A stretch of 32,000 bases of DNA from Candidatus Saccharimonadota bacterium (GTDB lineage: Bacteria > Patescibacteriota > Gracilibacteria > BD1-5 > UBA6164): NCBI GenBank assembly GCA_965227835.1, contig OZ245768.1, positions 510,001-542,000 of the forward strand, read 5' to 3'. Positions 28,129 through 32,000 of this stretch are shown here, in pieces. The notes under the pieces were generated by a model. That model saw only the letters and a list, made by a program, of their open reading frames with translations, did not search any database and was not told the origin of the DNA. Numbering within the stretch: the first letter of the stretch is position 1; each line of letters begins with the position of its first letter. Both the position numbers and the translations under genes were made by a program.

Positions 28129-29625
28129 TTATAAAAATTTTTCAAAATAAACATTTTCTATTTGTTTTTGTTGTAATGCTTCACTTGTTTGCTCAACTAG
28201 TTTTGGATTTCCACAAATATATACTTCATCATTTTTTCATATATTTATTTTCTCAACATCTACTCTTCCATATTTATGTCCCTTTATTTCTTCTCAAGAT
28301 AAATAAGTAAATACTTGTAAATTTGGGATATTTTTTAATACATCTAAATAAAATAAATCTTTCTCATATCGTACTCAAAAATGAAGTTCTTTTTTTGTTT
28401 TCCAAGTATTAATTATCATATTATATATTGGAGATAATCATGTTCCAGTAGCTATAAAAATCTTCTTTCTACTTGTATTTTTAAGAATAAAGTCTCAGTA
28501 TGGTCACAAAACTTTTATTTGATCTCATAGTTTTGATTTTCTAATTTCAGCTGATCAACTTCCCTCTTCAGTTAATTTTATAAGAAAAGTAAGTGTATTA
28601 TCTATATATTTAGCAACCGAATAACTTCTTATGATTTTATTTTTTCACTTTCTGAAAATAAAATTACAAAATTGTCATGATTTTATTTCTAAATCTCTTT
28701 TACATAAAAATACAAGTTCTACTACATCATCTGTTAAATATTTCTTTGATTCCAAAATAAATTCTAGTTCATGATTTTCTTTTATCTCTGGATTATAATG
28801 TCAGTCCAATGGAATAAAATCCTTTTTACTCACTCAACAAACAGGACATCTCCAATTATTTGGAATATCTTCAAATTTTGTTCATGGAGCTAATCAACCA
28901 TCTTCATCTCATAACTCTTCATCATAGATATATCAACATGGGAGACATAAGAATTTTCTATATTCTCATTTTCCTAATCACTTACCTCATTTTCTTTCAT
29001 ATCTTTCATCAAACCAAGTATATGATCTCAGTAATATAAGAATAACTCATGGATATAAATAAATTCCTTTCCATCATCATATAAAATAAATATGAAGTAA
29101 TACAATTATAAACAATGGATATACTCCTTTTTGAAGATATTTCCAAAATTTTGCTCACATGATTCTTTGAGAAAGATCATTTGAGGTAAATAATAAAGTT
29201 AACATTACTATAAAACCAATAATTCATATCCAAAAAGCATAAAAGTTCATTCAAAATATACTTTCTCACCAAGCATTAAAAATACTATTTATAAGAAAAT
29301 CTCAATATCACATTTTTTCTATATAATATTTTTCCCATAAATTACTTACTCTTTCTTCAAAATGTAATACATGCATCAAAGAGAAAGCTCCTGCAAGTAT
29401 TCAAATAGGTCTTCTATAGTTTATTAACTTATTAGAATATTTTTTTAGTTTTTTAATTTTCAAAAGTAATTTAGAAAATGGTGTTACTAGTAATACAAAA
29501 ATAAGATAATAATAACTGAGGAATCAAAATATTTGCACATCATTTGATAATATTTGCTTTGCTAGAAAATATAGTGGTATTACTGGTATTAAAGATATCA
29601 TTAGCCTAAAAATAGTTTTTTTCAT
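28129..29625 (-). CDS. fusion protein: ferric-reductase/YedZ-like TM domain + rubredoxin + FNR-like FAD/NAD(P)H reductase (498 aa)
   Basis: The N-terminal polytopic part has His in TM helices (AGAFSLMHVLHF, FIIVLLHIYF). The middle is a textbook rubredoxin: [46 protein letters not shown]. The C-terminal part has RSYSVA (RxYS FAD motif), LGPYGDF and IFIATGTGLSPI (NAD(P)H motif). Confidence 0.8.
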
Positions 29626-29635
29626 TAAATGTAAG

Positions 29636-29875
29636 TTAATTTAATAAATCCTTTTTCTTTTCATCAAATTCATCTTTATCAATTTCTCAATTTGCATACC
29701 TTTTCTTTAAAATTTCTAGTGCTGATTCATTTTTCCTTTCATTTTTCTGAGAATTTTTATTTATAAAATAGATCACTAAAAAAATAATTACTACATAAAA
29801 TAAAATTTGCCATATTCAGAAAAATCCAAAACCCCACATATGTCAAAATCAGTAATTTCAATCATAATTATACAT
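29636..29875 (-). CDS. SHOCT-domain small membrane protein (79 aa)
   Basis: A Gly-rich N-terminus and one TM segment (IWQILFYVVIIFLVIYF), then a SHOCT-like tail LEILKKRYANGEIDKDEFDEKKKDLL. An alternative ATG is at 29865. Confidence 0.65.
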
Positions 29876-29898
29876 AATCAAATAGTTAAATTATAAAA

Positions 29899-32000
29899 TT
29901 AAGTATTAATCTTTCTTTCCCTTAGGTAAGAAAATAAAATTGGTAATATAATAAGTGTTAAAGCAATTGATGTTATAAGTCATCATACTACTACTATCGC
30001 CAGTGGTTTTTGCAGTTCAGCTCAAGTTCATGTACTCCATATCATCGGCAATAATCAAATTACAGAAGTAAAAGCAGTCATAAGTACAGGTCTCAGTCTT
30101 ACCATAGCTCAGTGAATAACTGATACATGGATTCATTCTTTTGTTATAATTGTATTCTTGTAATCTTCTTTCTTCAGAACTTTTTCATCCATAAGAGGAA
30201 GTCAGAATTTTTCTCTAAAGGCATTTTCTAGATACAGAATCATTACTACTCATGTCTCAACAGCATTTCAGAATAAGGATATAAATCATACCCATACAGC
30301 TACTGAAAAATTAAATCATGATATATATAATGCTATAATTCAACCTATCAGACTAAAAGGGATAGAAAGAGCTACAATTCATACTAGACCTCCATCTTTA
30401 TAAGCTAAAAACAGAATAAACAATATAATTAGTACTACTGTAGGAACCACTACTTGGAGAGTACTTTTTGCTCTTAGCTGATTTTCATATTGTCCTGTCC
30501 ATTCAATATAGTATCATTCAGGAAGTTCTAGGTTTTCTTCTATATATTTTTTTCCATCTTCTACAAAGCTTACAAGATCTACTCATTGTACATTCATCTG
30601 TACTGCTGATCTAATAACTCAATTTTCAGAGTTTATAGTTGCTGGTCAATCTATTAAAGAAATGTTAGCAACTTGAGAAAGAATTACATTTCATGTTTTA
30701 GAAGAAACTTCTAAACTTTTAATATCATCTAAACTTTCTCTATAGTTATTTTTTAATCTTACTTCGATTCAATATTTCTCTCTTCCATCAATTGTAGTAC
30801 TCACAGTCTTTCATCAAATACCTACGGAAATAGTATCAAGTACATCTCATTTTTTTACTCCATATTCATTTAACTTTCTTTCATCTATATCTATTTGTAA
30901 ATATTTAAGACCTGTTGTTCTAATGGCTGTTACTCAGAATCCTCATGGAACATTTCACATAAGCTCCTCAGTCTCTATTGCTAACTCTTCAAGTTTCATA
31001 GGATCATCTCAAAATATTTTTATTCATACCTGAGCTCTAATACCTGTAGAAAGCATATCTATTCTTCAAATAATTGGCTGAGTAAAACCATTCCAAAGAT
31101 TATTTATTTTAATATTTCTATTCATTTCATTTATAATATCTTCTTTGGTTACTCATTCTCTCCACTCTGATTTCGGTTTGAGAGTAATAATAGTTTCAAG
31201 CATAGCCATTGGAGCTGGATCAGTCGCTGTCAAAGCTCTTCAAGCTTTTCACACAACTGTTTCTACTTCAGGTACTTCAGAGATAATTCTGTTTGATTCT
31301 ATAAGAAGATCTCTTGCTCTTCTATCACTTACATCAGGGACAGTCATTGGCATATACATGATACTTCACTCATCAAGTGGAGGCATAAATTCAGATCCTA
31401 TTCTTGTAAATAACCCAAGTCATACAACAAGAAGTATTCACGATATTGTTAAAGCTATTTTTCTTTTATTTAATGCCCATATTAAGATTGGTTCATATAT
31501 CCTTTGAAATAATCTTACGATTGGTATTTCATTATCTTTTTTTAGTTTTCATTTTAGAAAGAATACAGATAACACTGGTGCAAGAAAAAGTGAAGCAAAT
31601 AAAGCTCAAAGCATTGCAAACATATTCGTAAATGCAAGTGGCGAGAATAATTTTCATTCTTGTCATTCTAGTGCAAAGATCGGTACAAATGAAAGGATAA
31701 TAATCATAATAGCAAACATAAGTGGTCATGCTACTTCTTTTGTAGATTCATAAATTATTTCTGCTCTCTGTTTCGTACTAATATTTTCTTTTCCAAGCAA
31801 TCTATTATATGCATTTTCTGTAACTACAATCGCCGCATCTACCATGGTTCATATGGCTATAGCTATTCCTCAAAGTGACATAATGTTTGAAGGTATATTA
31901 AAAAGCTTCATACATAAAAATGTAATAAGCACTCATATAACCAAAGAAATAGCTGTTACTATTGAAGCTCAAAAATTCCATAAAAACAGAAAAAGAATAA
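29899..32000 (-). CDS. cusA: CusA-type heavy-metal efflux RND transporter, C-terminal 700 codons (N-terminus outside window)
   Basis: Table-25 translation aligns along its length with my recollection of E. coli CusA. Matching segments: [102 protein letters not shown] and LLPMIWSTGTGAE. The three CusA methionine-cluster positions (YMP, MAML, IDML) appear conserved. Stop is TAA 29899-29901. Confidence 0.88.

Noticed and set aside
31145-31729. Track ORFs 31145-31507 (+), 31446-31631 (+) and 31532-31729 (-)
   Set aside because: All lie inside cusA. The two + strand ORFs are antisense. The minus ORF (MTTYVCYYDYY...) is in a different frame from the CusA frame that reads [23 protein letters not shown].
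1-32000. Interpretation of the fragmented ORFs as a heavily pseudogenised genome, or as TGA=Trp (table 4, Mollicutes-like)
   Set aside because: The interruptions are exclusively TGA, never TAA or TAG. They fall on conserved Gly rather than Trp positions (GxxGxGKT, GHGIG, CxxCG, PGGxGT). TGG is used where Trp is conserved. Pseudogenes would show mixed stops and frameshifts.

Overview
This is a strongly AT-rich bacterial chromosomal segment that is only interpretable if TGA is read as glycine (translation table 25). That code is used by Absconditabacteria/SR1 and Gracilibacteria in the Patescibacteria/CPR; the window cannot separate the two. In-frame TGA falls on invariant Gly positions: both ClpC Walker A loops, Pth VGLGNP, Map GHGIG, PPK2 DAAGKGG, the rubredoxin CxxCG and CusA [13 protein letters not shown] still encodes Trp, and every gene I call ends in TAA or TAG. 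The supplied standard-code ORF track is therefore fragmented, and several of its longest ORFs are antisense artefacts. Hand re-translation gives 29 CDS covering about 87% of the window. On the + strand these are clpC, three orphan proteins (two secreted), map, a Xer-type tyrosine recombinase, a soluble histidine-kinase-like protein, a methyltransferase-like protein, N-terminally extended ppk2, and pth. A 6 kb minus-strand operon follows: two large acidic orphans, a 46-aa micro-ORF, a signal-less LysM/amidase, and mltG. The remainder holds an ArsB/NhaD-type permease, EamA and DUF4105 proteins, a LOG protein plus a divergent LOG-like protein flanking membrane proteins, and a copper-type module. 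That module is cusA, a SHOCT protein, a ferric-reductase-TM/rubredoxin/FNR fusion, and a Met/His/Asp-rich lipoprotein. I saw no rRNA, tRNA, CRISPR array or transposase. The main noncoding oddities are listed below.
- An 845-bp repeat-rich intergenic region with two near-identical GC-rich hairpins (19807-20651).
- A 4 x 37-bp tandem repeat upstream of map.
- A GC-rich hairpin island at 6262-6356.
- A recurring TTACCAAA(ATAT) motif.
- Two small genes with strong Shine-Dalgarno sites in an otherwise SD-less gene set.
All coordinates and translations were derived by hand. Start codons, and the hand-read minus-strand genes in particular, should be re-verified computationally.
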